A stretch of DNA of 64,000 nucleotides from Octopus vulgaris (lineage: Eukaryota): contig OX597825.1 in the NCBI GenBank assembly GCA_951406725.2, positions 55,428,001 to 55,492,000 on the forward strand, given 5' to 3'. The position numbers were made by a program, and so were the translations under genes. Below the pieces are notes generated by a model. The model saw nothing but the letters and a program-made list of their open reading frames with translations, was not told the origin of the DNA and made no database searches. The first letter of the stretch is position 1. Each line of letters opens with the position of its first letter. Below, piece after piece: positions 1 to 13,851 of this stretch.

Positions 1-208
1 TAGATAGATATGTATGTATGTATATATATATATATATATATATATACACGTGTGTGTGTATATGTGTGTGAGTGTGTGTTCACAAGACATGGGCCAATAG
101 AAATCACTTGCCCTTAGTTCCTGACAGTGGGACTGAGCTGAAATTCTCATGAATGCTAAGCAAACTTCTGAGCCATGCAGCCATGTTTATGCACATACAT
201 GTGTGTAC

Positions 209-279
<71 letters not shown>

Positions 280-374
280 TTTGCACACAAACATTCATTA
301 AATCAGACATAAACACAGACACACATTCAGAGATATATAACATCAACATATATCATTCTTCTATGAACTCTCAC

Positions 375-404
375 CATTTATCACGTACCATATTTTATGG
401 AACT
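375..404 (-). CDS. Candidate 30-nt in-frame micro-exon of an unidentified gene (xFHKIWYVIN)
   Basis: Minus strand: ttttattatctcttgtttcag|AGTTCCATAAAATATGGTACGTGATAAATG|gtgaga. Strong acceptor, GT donor, length a multiple of 3, open in phase 1. No homology recognised. Confidence 0.3.
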
Positions 405-599
405 CTGAAACAAGAGATAATAAAACACTATATCATTCTCCAATGTCTTTTAGACCATTCCAAAGAATATAATCAATGAAAACCTCTTAGTAAGGATTTC
501 CACCTCCTACCACCACCACATTTTTTATCACTACCACAATCATCATCATCATCAATATAAATATCATTGTAGTTGCTGAATCCCCCTGCAACTACCACA

Positions 600-1075
600 A
601 CCAGTTAGAAATAATAGCCAAATCTCCTTCATATCATATATTGCAGATTAAGAAAATGACTTGTTGGTCTTAATTCAAAGTGATTTGTAAAAAAATGGAA
701 TGGTCACAGGTGGAACGTCTTTAATTGTAGGTTGTTCTCTCAGGGTTGATTTAAGTCTGAACAGCAATAGCTATAGTTACTAACTATTATACTATACATT
801 AGGTAATGTAGTTCTACATACACTATGTCTGAAAATTAGATAGGATGGTCACTGATGGAACACCTTTGATCATAGGTTGTTTGATCAGAACAGCCAAGGC
901 TAACAACACTTACAACAACTATAGCCATTAATACTAACCACATTGAATAATGTAGTCTTAGATACACTATGCCTGTATATAAAATAGGATGGTCACAAAT
1001 GGAACATCTTTGATCATAGGTCTGTTGGATCAGAACTGACCTGAGACTGTACAACAAACATCACTACAAACAATT
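600..1075. repeat. Three tandem degenerate partial copies of a dispersed repeat (ggatggtcac...ggaacacctttgatcataggt...gatcaga)
   Basis: Related segments at ~700, ~843 and ~987. The family recurs at ~1820, 19270, 38000 and 59930. Confidence 0.55.
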
Positions 1076-1112
1076 TTTTCAAACACAAGACGCTAAATAT
1101 AGGTTTGCTCAA

Positions 1113-1280
1113 TCATCATCTTTTAACATCCATTTTTCATGCTGCCATGGGTTGGACCAGAGCTGGCAAGCAGAAGAGCTGCACCAGGTTCCAGTCTGAT
1201 TTGACATGGTCTCCTACAGCTGGATGCCCTTCCTAATACCAACCGCTTTATAGTGTGTGCTGTGTGTTTTTAATGTGGCA
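1113..1280 (-). mobile_element. RTE-LINE-like 3' tail or RTE-tailed SINE (family ending aacccatgccagcatggaaa...gttaaatgatgatgat)
   Basis: Reverse complement of ...ggaagggcatccagctgtag...caacccatg(c)cagcatg...taaa(gat)n. Further copies at ~1580, 1940, 4650, 8190, 10880, 15720, 19140, 26860, 31530, 38820, 39200, 39990 and 63053. Confidence 0.6.
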
Positions 1281-2544
1281 TTAACAGAAGAGTCTGAATA
1301 TGGGTTTGCTCAATGTTATAGAAATACCAGCCAGATTGCCCGGTTCTCTAGATGAAATACAGTTTTGCATTTATTCCTTAATGTCAAAATTACCCAAAAT
1401 CCTATGGAAATTGCATATTACTCTGATCTGTATCATGTACATTCTAACCCAATTCTTCAAATCAAGCATACTTCAAAGAAGTCTAATGAATTAATCATCA
1501 CTATCTCTACCAACCCTAACATCATCGTTGACATTATCACTGCCACTTCCTAACAAAGTAAATGATCTTAATGCAGAAAGGGCTGCACCGAGTTCCAGTC
1601 TGATTTGGCATGGTTTCCTACAGCTGGATGCCCTTCCTAATGTCAACCACTTTACAGAGTGTGCTGGGTGTCTTTACGTGGCATTGACACAAGAGTCTAA
1701 ATATGGGTTTGCTCAACGTTGTAGAAATACCAGCCAGATTGCCCTTCAATCTTACTGTCCTAAGAGAAGAAAGTTGCCCTTACATTATATAGTCTCAGAA
1801 AAACTGTTTGAAATAAAGGACAAGTTGGTCATGACTGGAATGACCTTGATCATATTTCTGCTGGATTAAGGCTGACCTAAGGCTAAGCAACACCTCTGTC
1901 ATCACTATACACCCCTAATACTATGAACATCATGTGTCATCAACCCATGCCAGCATGGAACACGGATATCAAATGATGATGATGGTGATGATGATCATCC
2001 TCATCATCACTGCATCCAATACAATTATCGTGTATCTCCTCACCAGTTAAGAACTATGTACTCACTAGTCTTATCTCAACTGCTACAACCACCACCACTA
2101 TTACTAAGATCAACACATGCATCAACACAACCACCACTTCCACCAATCACCAGTACTGCTATTGCTACTTGAAGTACCTTCATTGATTCTACCTTCTACC
2201 ACATCTCTCTTTCTCTCTCTCCCTCAGCCTATCTCTTTTTCTCTCTCACTGTTGATGTCCTGGTGCTTCCACATTAATTCTATAAAATTTTTTGTTAAAC
2301 CGATTTAATGAATCTGTTACTATAGTAACCACATTATTCGCCATCATCATCATCATCAAACTACAACTACTACTACTATTACTACTACTAATCTACAAGG
2401 ATTCCAGACTCATGGAAATTCCATGTTTTATAAATTTTTCTAATTTCTGATTTTGATGCATAAATTAATAGATTTTCATAACATTGTTTGCATTAAAGAT
2501 TCCAATTGTCTGGTTTTCTTAAGGTTGTTTAAAGAGCAACACGT

Positions 2545-3645
2545 CATTAAGGGACAAGGCCACCAAATATTAAGGGATGCAATGAGTTGATTCCATCAAC
2601 CTCAGTACTTATCTGGTACTTTAGTTTGTCAGCACTAGAAAAATGAAAAAAGTTGACCTGTATGGGATTTGAACACAGAATGTAAAAAGACACCCTAATA
2701 ATTGTTTCAAATTCTGGCAAGGTCACCTTCATCTTTCAGGGATGATAAAATAAGTACCAGTTGAGTCCTAGGGGGTCAATCTAATCACCCAACTGCTGAC
2801 CTCTTGCCAAAATTTGAAACTATAAAAAGGCAGCAAATTAGCAGAATGCTTACTACACAGGACAAAATGCTTAGTGGTATTTCTTTCAGCTCAGCTCTTT
2901 ATGTTCTGAGTTGAAATTCCACCAGCTTTGCCTTTCAACCTTTCGGCATCAATAAGTACCAGTTGAGTAGTGGGGATTGAAATAATTGACTTGATCCACC
3001 CCTAAAATTATTGGTCTTGTATCAAAATTTGAAACAATTTTTATTATAATTATAAATTATCTTAATGTTGTGAACAGGCTGAATCACAAGTTTGTTACAC
3101 AAAATGCTTAGGCACCATTTCTCCTGGCTCTTTATATTCATCCTTTTGGAGTCAATAAAATACAAGTACCTCCATTCCCTAAAATTTGTTGCCTATTATA
3201 ACTCCCCCATGAGGTGGCAAGCTGGCAGAATCGTTAGCTCTCCGGGTGAAATGCTTCATGCTATTTCATCTGTCTTCATGTTTTGAGTTCAAATTCTGCC
3301 AATGTCAACTTTGCCATTCATCCTTTTGGGGTTGATAAAATAAGTAGCAGTTAAGTACTGGAGTTGATGTAATCAACTATTCTTGCCCCCTCCTCCCAGA
3401 TGCCTATAGCAGAAAGATTAATATAACTCCCCTTTAAGGTGGCAAGGCGGCAGAATCGTTAACATGCTAGTTAAAATACTTAACAGAATTTCATCCGTCT
3501 TTATGTTCTGAATTCAAATTCTACTAAAGTCAATTTTGCCTTTATCCCATCAGGGTCAATAAAATAAGTACCAGTTATAAGGTTGATGAAACTGACTTAT
3601 CCCATCACCTTAGCTTGCAGACCTTGTACCAAAATTTGAAACCAT
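2545..3645. mobile_element. Cluster of ~6 degenerate tRNA-derived SINE copies (family A), mostly head-to-tail on +
   Basis: Repeated ggc..gagctggcagaatcgttagc / gagttcaaattc (B-box-like) / gcctttcatcc...gataaaataagtaccagtt units. Confidence 0.75.
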
Positions 3646-4053
3646 TGTCATAGTTTCCCTTTAAGCAAATGAGAAGCATAAGACAGTCATTACCTTTTGA
3701 TCCCATGCAATGTTTTTGGTAAATCTAGTCAAAAATCCCTATCTGTCTCAGATTCATTATCACAAGATGTTAGCATTTGTCTCTGTGAAACTTTTTTTCT
3801 CTCTGACACACCTGGTACTCTCAATTTGAGAATAACTTTGACATGGAAAAGACTGTGGTACTACTCTGGGTACATCTCACTCAAGAAACCTTCATTTCCA
3901 AATAAATGGCCCGAAATCTAGTCTCCTTGATCTCTGCATATTAATGTCCAGAAGTTGAACTAGAAAGCAGATAAAGATGATCTGCAAGGACAAAAGGCAA
4001 ATTTTACTTTGGTTGCATGTGAAATTAGATCATAAAGAGCCAGAACAAATATT

Positions 4054-4269
4054 CTTTTCTACTCTAGGTACAAGACCCAAAATTTTGGGGGAGGGGGCCA
4101 AGTTGATTAAATCAACCCCAGTATGCAACTGGTACTTAATTTATCGACCCCAAAAGGATGAAAGGCAAAGCTGACCTTGGTGGAATTTGAACTCAGAAGT
4201 AAAAAATCAGACAAAATACTGCTAAGCATTTCACCTAGCAGGCTAACGTTTCTGCCAGCTCGCCACCTT
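4054..4269 (-). mobile_element. tRNA-derived SINE (family A) with 16-bp TSD
   Basis: Flanked by agccagaacaaatatt (4038-4053) and agccggaacaaatatt (4270-4285). Body matches the copy at 54292. Confidence 0.85.
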
Positions 4270-5614
4270 AGCCGGAACAAATATTACCAATCATTTTGAC
4301 TCACCAACACTTTGAGAACAGGCCAAAGGTTGGCACAGTGAGTAATCTTGGTGCAGGTGTAGCTGCATGGTTAAGAAGTTCAAGTCTCAACCACATGGTT
4401 TCAGGTACAGCCTTGCTGCATAGTACCTTGCCCAAGTGCCTTGTACTATTTCCTCAGGCTGACCAAAGCATTGTGAATGGATTTAATAGATAGAGACTTT
4501 AAAAAAAAGTGTGTGTGTGCTTCCTTACCTTGACAGTATGTGGTTGTTGTAAACAAGAATCACTGTCATACTAGCAGTGTAATTTCTGATCTTCTGTGGA
4601 AATCTCTCCAGTCATGGTGAAATATTACTTAAGTAGGAAAGAGGCGAGGGTGGGCAACAGGAAGGGCATCTGGCCACAGAAAATCTGCTTCGACATACTC
4701 TGTCTGACCCATACAATCATAGAAAAGTGGACATTGAATCAATGATGATGTTGCTATTCCCTACCCACCAACATTAGTGTGGTACCTCACATAGAGTAGT
4801 AGTATGGAATAGAGTGTGAAACACAACCAACCAGAGCAAGTAGGCATAAAACTTCTGTTCAGAACCATAAAAATTGGCTACTGTAGAAAAGTTTCATCTC
4901 AGCACCAAGTGTTCAGAACAATGAACACTGACAAATTATCTTCACAATAAGGTACCCAGTGTACTTTACTTCATTGCTGTTGTGCCATACATGGAATTTC
5001 AATATCTGTTTGAGCTGTTTGGAACTAGAATCATCTAGCATGTTGTAACCTTTATACTTGAAAGTACAACCATTAAAAGAAGTACCAGTATAAACAAAAG
5101 GCTACATGTTGTGACAAGTTGAGTAAAAATTCTTTTTAAGTTCATGTTAGTTTATTTAACCATATTACTATAACTATATATTTTAGGGATATTTTCTTTC
5201 AATTGTTTTTTTTTCCTTAGATTTCAACTTAAAAAAAGATCTCTGGAAATTCACACAGAAAAAAAAATCACTCTCTTAATAGATTTATTAGGAAGACTTC
5301 AACTAAGTTTTTACTGTTTTAGCTTTCAAAGTGGATGTTATTCATTTTCTTTTTGATTTTGTTGTTTATATGTGCGGATGTTGATTTTGCATGTTGTCGT
5401 TGTTGTCATAATTGTTGCAGCCATCAACTTAATTCCTAAACTTCCTCCTAATTTAAGCTGTCCAGGGACCTTGCCAAACAATCGATAAACAAAACATCAA
5501 CCATTCCACAAACGAATGGAACATTAACCAAAGTTGTTTTCTTCTAAGAAATAAATATGAACATTATTGAAGAATGAATTGGAAAACATCATTTATCTAC
5601 TTATATTTTTTTAC

Positions 5615-5979
5615 CATATACATAGTCATATATATATATATACATACATACACACACACATATATATATACATATATATATATACACATATATATATACA
5701 CATATATATATACACATATATATATACATATGTATATACATATATATATATACATATGTATATACATATATATTTATATATACATACATATATATATATA
5801 TAAATATACATGTACATATGCATATAAGTATATATTTATATGTACATATATATATATATAAATATACATGTACATATGCATATAAGTATATATTTATATG
5901 TACATATATATATATACATATATATATATTTATATATATATATACATACATATACTATGCCTGCACACACACATATACA

Positions 5980-6023
<44 letters not shown>

Positions 6024-6064
6024 CATACACACATACATACATACACTGTCTGCACACACACATA

Positions 6065-6104
<40 letters not shown>

Positions 6105-6196
6105 CATACATACACTGTCTGCACACACACATATATTTATATATATATATATATATATACACATACATACATACACTGTCTGCACACACACATATT

Positions 6197-6231
<35 letters not shown>

Positions 6232-6279
6232 TTATATATTTATTTATATATATATTCATACACATACACTATATGTCTG

Positions 6280-6313
<34 letters not shown>

Positions 6314-6660
6314 CATACATTCACTATATGTCTCCATATATATATAGATTAATACACACACACACACTATGTATGCACACATATATACATACACTATATA
6401 TGTGCATGCACATACATTTATATACATTATTTACAAATACAAATATACACCCACACATATATATACGCATACATACCTACATAAACACACACACATACAT
6501 ATATATAGATGCATATATATGCACACGTACATATATACATATATACAAATATGTATTCCTACATATGTATACATATCCATACATACTTATATCCACACAT
6601 ATACATAGACTTATGCACACACACACACACACAGACACATCCACACACACACAAATATAC
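5615..6660. repeat. Compound (TA)n/(CA)n/(TACA)n microsatellite field with higher-order ~55-60 bp duplications
   Basis: catacatacactgtctgcacacacacatatatttata repeated 3x at ~6035-6200. A second unit is duplicated at ~5795-5905. All ORFs here are YI/HT repeats. Confidence 0.95.
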
Positions 6661-6701
6661 AGAAGTGTTTAATCATAAATATATACTTTTTAAAGATTCA
6701 C

Positions 6702-6746
6702 AAGAATTTTCCTATTCCAATATCTTTAAGAACACAAAACAAATTG
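6702..6746 (-). CDS. Candidate 45-nt in-frame small exon (xNLFCVLKDIGIGKF)
   Basis: Minus strand: ttttgtttttctttttctctccag|CAATTTG...AAATTCTT|gtgaat. Very strong polypyrimidine tract, length a multiple of 3, one open frame. No homology recognised. Confidence 0.25.
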
Positions 6747-7027
6747 CTGGAGAGAAAAAGAAAAACAAAAATGCCATTTTCAATTGCTGTTTTTTCTGTT
6801 TTTGAATCAAAGTAGCCATTGAAAACATCTATATCTTAAGAGGTTAAAAGTCTGATTTGAATCTAAATTGTTTTGTGAGACACTAAAAGAATCCTGACCA
6901 ATAACACTGCTTATTTAATTTTTGAATGTACATATGGCAGAGAAATACATGCATCTTTGTATGTGTGTGCCTGTGTACATATATCATATGTGTGTGTATG
7001 TGTATACATATATATATATATGTATAT

Positions 7028-7061
<34 letters not shown>

Positions 7062-7064
7062 ATA

Positions 7065-7949
7065 TTAGGTCTGATCAATAAGTATCCGGACTGTTGCCAT
7101 AGTAACAAAGCTAAAGACACAGAGTGAAGCTGCTTGGCAGCGAATGACCCTAAAGTCTGCTGTGCATGCACACTAAGTTTTAACGTTCTAGCTTACTTTT
7201 GCTGTTTAAAGCAGTGCTTGCAAGGAAGGTGTGTAGCATGTGATCATTGCATTGACCATGACAGAGGAAGTTGTCATGGCGATACCTGCTCTGAGGCTGG
7301 CGCAAGGTTGCAGGAATTGCATGGAGAGGAGTGTATGAGCCGTGTACAAGTGGTTAGGACATTTCGAAGATGGCCAAAAAAATGTCAATAGTGACGAATA
7401 TTCTGGGACATCTGCAACCAACAGAACTGAGAAAAACATCACAGACGTGCGTGCAGGTGTGAGGGGAAATCATCGAATCACCATCTGTAAGTTATCAAAG
7501 GATGTGCAGATTAGTTACAATTCAGTTCAGTCCATTATCACTGAAGATTTGGGTATGAAATGCGTGTCGGCCAAGTTTGTGCCAAAACTACTTTCAGCTG
7601 ACCAAAAAGGCACTTGAGTTTCAGTTGCACAAGATCTTCTTGATTGTGTCGAGAACAATCAAAACTTTTTGAAAACCCTGCATAGGCCTCTGAGCAGATA
7701 TCACCAAGCTTTTGAAAAATTTGATGCAGATTTTCTGCTCAACTCTTTCTGTCATGGTCAATGTGATGATCACACACTACATACCTTGCTTTCAAGCACT
7801 GCTATAAACAGCAGAAGTGAGTGAGAATGTTAAAACTTAGTGCATAGGCATAACAGAATCCAAGGTCAATCTGTGCCAAGTGGCTTTACTCTGCATGCTT
7901 TAGTGTTGTTACTATGGCAACAGTCTGGATACTTATTGATCAGACCACG
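7065..7949 (+). mobile_element. Non-autonomous mariner with long (~200 bp) inverted arms, both derived from the transposon 5' end
   Basis: TIRs ggtctgatcaataagtatccggactgttgccatagtaac / gttactatggcaacagtctggatacttattgatcagacc. ORF 7342-7617 encodes a mariner N-terminal HTH region ending in FVPKLL (WVP motif). The right arm reads MTERVEQKICIKF on the minus strand. Confidence 0.9.
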
Positions 7950-8133
7950 TGTATGTAAATGTGTGTGTGTGTGTGTGTATGAATATAACCATATATATAT
8001 ACAGACATACAGAGTTTATATGTAAATGCATTTTGATATATAAGCAGTTGCATGCATGTATTCATATATACATATATGTGTATGTGTGTGCGTGTGTCTA
8101 AGTAAACATGAATGCAGATTTATAGAAGATATG

Positions 8134-8182
<49 letters not shown>

Positions 8183-8774
8183 TCATACCTCAACATCATT
8201 GCTCTAATGTCTACTTTTCCATGCTCGCATGGGTTAGTCAGAATTAATTGAGGCAGATTTGTCATGACTTAATGGCCTTCCTCTCACTAATCTTCACCTA
8301 TTTCCAAGTAAAATAATATTTCCCCTTGTCCGGACAGGTTTTCAAAACTGATGACACTGCTTGTATGAGAATCACAATAATTAACCAACTACCATGCAAT
8401 GTTAAAATAAGATGCATTTCCGAGGCTTTTACCTGTGACACAATCCTGCTACCAACTAAACTATATGAACTCTTTTCCAGTATCTGGAGTATATCCGTTT
8501 ACATTGCAAATATTAGGAACTTTTCACATTTGGGACTCTTCCTGACTATATATATAGACAGACAGACAGACAGATAGATAGATATACATATATTCCTTTA
8601 CGCATATTGTTTGCTTTACTCTTCAATATGTTACGCATGTTTAGGTATGTTATAAACTGACTTGATACCTGATGACTGCCTGTTTATGCTTTTGTTCAGT
8701 TATATACATGATAATATGTGTGTGTATATGTGTGTGTATAGATATATGCCTGCCTGCATACATACATACACACA

Positions 8775-8805
<31 letters not shown>

Positions 8806-9249
8806 GGATAGAAGTGTGCATGCATGTGTGTACAAATATGCATGTATGTATAGGTAGGTTTGTGAGTGTATGCATGGTGTGTATTTATATATGTATGTAT
8901 GCATATGTATAAATGTTTAATCTATATATACCCTTATCTATTTTAGATTTAAAGTTCCGGCAACAAAAACCTGCCCATAAAAAAACTCCATCAAAGAATG
9001 TAAACAACGTGTTGTTTCATTTTGTTTACATGATTATTCATTGTTGTTGCTTTTATTTTTATTTCATTTTATATCATATCATATTTCATTATTAATGTGA
9101 ATATACAATGTAGTGTGTGTGTGTGTATGCAATGTATGTATATCTATCTCTGCTTCTCTCTCATATACATACATATAAACACAAACACACATGTGTTTGT
9201 GTGTGTGTCTATTTAAAATTTATTTACACATAATAATAATGATGATATT

Positions 9250-9830
9250 ATTGTATACAGTGCTCAGATGAAATGTAGCTCATTGGAAAAGGTCAAAAGG
9301 GAAGACTGAAAGCATATATGTAAGTCAGGTAAAGAAAGCAATTAAAGGTAATTGTACACACACAGTATATAGAAGAGAACAAAAAAAAAAGACAGCAAAC
9401 AGAATAGTAAAAGAGACAAAGAAGAAAGGGTGCACAGACATGTCAAGTGTGGAGTTAGAAATTTTGGGGAAGCATGGAATTTGTGAAGGGTGCAGGTTTC
9501 TAATAGTTAACAACTAATGTGTGTAGCTTAAGCTTCTATGCTTTGACAAGTACGAGTGTTTAAAGATGTTTTTAGAAGCCATAGGTGTTGCACAGTTATT
9601 TTTGTTGTTTTTTTTAAGTTTATAAACATTTCCATGAGTGGTAGAGATATTGAATTCAAAAGAGGTAGTCAAAGAAGATATTGGGAAAATGAAGAAACAC
9701 CTTGTGGGCTTCTATCAAATCAGTTGCTAAACATCAAAGCTCTAGTGTATTGATACCCAGACAAGCAAGACATTCAAAATATAGTTGGTGTCTGGTCACA
9801 TGTCTCTGGACAGCTTCCAGTAGATTCATA
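9250..9830 (-). mobile_element. Highly degenerate CR1-group LINE 3' end
   Basis: Broken minus-strand peptides resembling the CR1 C-terminal F..RVV..W.KL...VV motif, with an attattat-type tail at the left end. Confidence 0.35.
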
Positions 9831-9838
9831 TTCTAGAC

Positions 9839-10097
9839 CAGTGGCCCTAATTGATTTTTTTATCTATGGACCTCTTTGATTCATGTTTTACTTGGATGGA
9901 CCCCCACAGACATTTAATGCTAAAAAAAAATTCCCATAATATTCTTATAAGTAGATGTTAAATTGGAATTGTATAAAAAAAAGAATAGATTATATTGCAT
10001 ATTGTAGAAGTATAGACAATTTATTGCACATAAATTTTAACAGCAAAATCTTCTGTAGACCCTCAAGGATCATGTGAAACGCAGTTAAGAACTGCTG
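9839..10097. mobile_element. Degenerate hAT-type MITE
   Basis: Begins ttctagac|cagtgg and ends gttaagaactgctg, resembling the cagtggtt...aaccactg ends of the copy at 26269. Right TSD not conserved. Confidence 0.45.
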
Positions 10098-10396
10098 TTC
10101 CGGGGTGGGGGGCTATATTGGAGGGGTACAAGCTGGAAGTGTGGATACACCATATTCTTTATTCTTTTTCTTTTACTTGTTTTAGTCATTTGATTGTGGC
10201 CATGCTGGAGCACCACTTAGAAGGGTTTTAGTTGGAGAAATTGACTCCAGGACTTATTCTTTGTAAGCCTACTACTTATTCTATCGGTCTTTTTTGCCAA
10301 ACTGCTATATTACAGGGAATCAAACACACCAACATCAGTTGTCAAGTGATGGTAGGAGGACAAACACAGACACAAAGGTACACACACATGAAGGCA

Positions 10397-10464
<68 letters not shown>

Positions 10465-10622
10465 GGCGTATGTGTGTGTATGAATTGCTGCAATTGTTTT
10501 CCAAACGTAAGATTTTGAATTCAGTCACACTGCATGGCACCTCAGTTAAGTATCTTCTACCAAATTTGGGAAATGGAAACTGAAAAATGCTTATTGTATG
10601 TATGTGTAAATGTGTGTGTGTG

Positions 10623-10688
<66 letters not shown>

Positions 10689-11228
10689 TATAGATATATA
10701 GATATAGATATATAGATATAGATACACATGTATATATTATTTGCGTATATATATTAGATTTATAAATATATGTATGTGTGTGTTTCTTTCTCTTAACATA
10801 TAGTTGTAAATAAGTGTCATTTTCAGACAAATAGTGGGTCATTTCCAACCTTTTGCAAAAACATATCTAGCCATAGAAAATCTGCCTCAGCAAATTTTGT
10901 CTGACCCATGCAAGCATAAAAAAGTGGATGCTAAAACGATTGTGTGTGTGTGTGTGTGTGTCAGTGTGTGTACTGTATAAATTTATACATATACATCATC
11001 CTCATTGAATATCTTTCTTCTATCTTGGACAGTTCAACAGAAAAATGAGTTTTATATAAATAATAATTTGTTTACAAACTGTGTGCTTTGTCATGACAAG
11101 GATGACCCAACACACACACACAACAGATATTTGTGTGGGGGGGATGGATGGATGGATGGATAGAAGGATGTGAAAAACCCAGAGTTGCTAGTCACAGACT
11201 ATGGACTTGAAAGAGGAATAAAAACATT

Positions 11229-11388
11229 TCCTTTTCTACTTCAGGCACAAGGCCTGAAATTTTGGGGGAGGTCACCAGTCAATTAGATCAACCCCAGTAC
11301 ACAACTGGTACTTAATTTATCAACCCTGAAAGGATGAAAAGTAAAGTCGACCTTGGTGGAATTTGAACTCATAACATAAAGACAGACA
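11229..11388 (-). mobile_element. 5'-truncated family-A SINE
   Basis: Body matches 4054-4269. Flanked by aggaataaaaacatt / aggaataaaaatatatt (probable TSD). Confidence 0.75.
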
Positions 11389-12913
11389 AGGAATAAAAAT
11401 ATATTAAATACTATACGAGAAAAATTCCTGATTTACTGAATCCATCTTTGCTTCATGAGATACATAAACAAATAACTTGTGGTAAAAGCAACAAACTTTA
11501 AAAGTGGAAAGGAGATAATCTCAGAAATCAGGGATTCTCCAAACTTATGCCATTCAAAGACAATGACAATTTAATCACCTTGTTACAAGAGGACGAGTAT
11601 GGGTATGTATTTCTACCTCTACTAGCATCATCAGAACAGCAGTTATCCTATCTCAACTTTAACAGACATGAGATCTAGACAAATACAGTAAGGCTAGTAA
11701 ACATTTATAGCTGAGGTAAATTGAATAATTTAAACAAAAATGGCCTTGGGTTATCTGCATAATTTAAACAAAAATTACCTTTTTTTTTGTCATCTTTTAT
11801 GCTCCCCTATTCATGCCATTGGCCACTAACTTATTTCTCTCAGCTCATTTCTGTTTAAATCATTCAAATTGCATAACGGTCATACAGTCATAAAACACTA
11901 TTGATGATGGTGATGAACATATGTGTGGGTGTGTGTGTAGTTCATGTCATAAGAAAGATATATGCACACATAAATATCCAAATACACAAGTATACATACA
12001 TATATATATATATACATACATACATTTATAGATATACATATATGCACATATATACAGATAAACGTACAAATATACATACATATAGATATACATACACATA
12101 TAAATACATATACATATATGCACATATATAGAAATAAACATACAAATATACATACATATATATAGATATACATACACACAATATACACAAACATATACAT
12201 TCACAAGGCATATATGTTCAAATATCTTCATATATATATATACATATGCACATATATACAAAAATATAGCTATATATAAACATTCATATAATCATCATTT
12301 ATATATTATATATATATATATATATACACACACATTCATATATATACATATGCACATATATACAAAAATATAGCTATATATAAACATTCCTATAATCATT
12401 TATATGTATATATACACATATTTATATATATACATATGCACATATATACAAAAATATAGCTATATATAAACATTCCTATAATCATTTATATATATATATA
12501 TACACACACACATACACATTCACAAAGATTTTAAAGACAGAGAGAGAAAGAGATTGAAAGAGCAAGGGAGTGTGAGAAAGAGAAAGAAAAGTCTGTAATG
12601 TCTTGTTGTTGTTTTATTATTGTAATTCTCTTTAATTTCCATCCTTTTGATGTAGATGTTATCATGTTAAAAGCTGTAAGAACATTATATATAAACAGAT
12701 AAATATAAATAAGTTGCTCTCCTTTTCTATTACACTTTTTTGTCATTATTCTTCTTGTTTTAGTTGTTGTTGTCTTAATTCGCATTCAACCTTTCTTTTT
12801 TTTCTATGTTTCTCTTTGTAACTCCTCTCTTCGTCATTCATTCATTCATTCATTCTTATATTAATTCTGCACCCCCACCCGCACCCCTTTTCCTCTTGCT
12901 CTCTTTCTTTCAG

Positions 12914-13080
12914 TCATCTTTCGGTTAAAAGATTTACCAACTGAAGACATTGATCACAAATGGTTAATTCTAATGTTGATATCTAGTAAACAGTCGTCCT
13001 TTGTAAAGTCTCTTTAACATCGAGAAGACATTTTTGTATATGTTTGTTTTTGCAGGAAGCGCAGAGAATGGTTGTTTTAA
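12914..13080 (+). CDS. Candidate two-exon C-terminus (12914-12962 joined to 13056-13080): xIFRLKDLPTEDIDHKWKRREWLF*
   Basis: Long pyrimidine tract ending ctctttctttcag. Donor TG|gttaat (weak). 93-nt intron ending tgtttgtttttgcag. The joined frame is open to TAA at 13078-13080. No homology recognised. Confidence 0.25.
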
Positions 13081-13668
13081 GCCAGTCATCTCTAGTGCTA
13101 CAGAACCATAGCCATCCGCTAACAAGAGAGTAAAACATTTGAAAAGCAACAAATTAAATTTCTACTCAAACCAAGAAAATTTCTCTGTTTTTTTGCCCAT
13201 CAATTTCATTGATATTACAACTATTAGACTGACAGATAATTTTTATCTTGTTTACCCCAATCTCTCCCTTTCTCTCTCTCCCTCTTTCTCTCTGTCTCCT
13301 TTATTTCAGTTACAATCTGTTACAGACATTGACCTAAAATGAAGTGCCTAGCCATGGATAAATATATAGTGGTTATTTAATCATAGCTGCAGCCATACAG
13401 ATAAAGTTTTATGGTGAGTGTGCATGTATTTATATATGTGTGTGCATACAAATATATATATATGTATATCATACAGTTTCACTTATGCATAGCACTGCTA
13501 ATAACCAGTTCTTAGAACTCAATACACTTATGCATTAGAATAAAGCAACTGGTGAGTAGAGAGAATAACATTGATTAATGAATGACAAAACAACAAGTGT
13601 TACATAATCACTTTCATTACTTTACAGCTGTTCCTTTTATAGGTAGCTTTGCACTCAAAGATCTTTGT

Positions 13669-13755
13669 GTTGGCTCTGAGGAAGCTATAAGATGCTGAAC
13701 AAGCATTCAACACTGAGATCAATGCTTCTTGTAGCAGAAATAGCTATAAGCTAAT
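13669..13755 (+). ncRNA. Type I hammerhead-ribozyme-like motif (near intact) inside an inverted-repeat element (~13597-13773)
   Basis: Stem I gttggct/agctaat. Core CTGAGGA (13676-13682). Stem II gctataag/cttgtagc plus inner aagcatt/aatgctt. GAAA at 13737-13740. Palindromic stem III atagctat, cleavage triplet AUA. A-A mismatch at the base of stem II. Confidence 0.6.
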
Positions 13756-13851
13756 GAAGGTGATTACATAGCTCCTGCTTTTTGTCACACACACAAGAAA
13801 GAGGTTTAATGGCTAGCGATCTATCACATAGACACACACACACACAGATAT

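Noticed and set aside
5567-6805. Long ORFs (up to 284 aa) rich in Y/I/H/T/C/V, also at 10.2-12.3, 19.8-22.5, 25.4-26.3, 28.3-28.8 and 33.7-36.9 kb
   Set aside because: Translations of (TA)n/(CA)n microsatellites, which lack stop codons by composition.
8998-9031. Hairpin atgtaaacaa...ttgtttacat considered as a pre-miRNA
   Set aside because: The stem is only ~10 bp and I recognise no conserved mature miRNA. It could equally be two Fox-type sites or chance.
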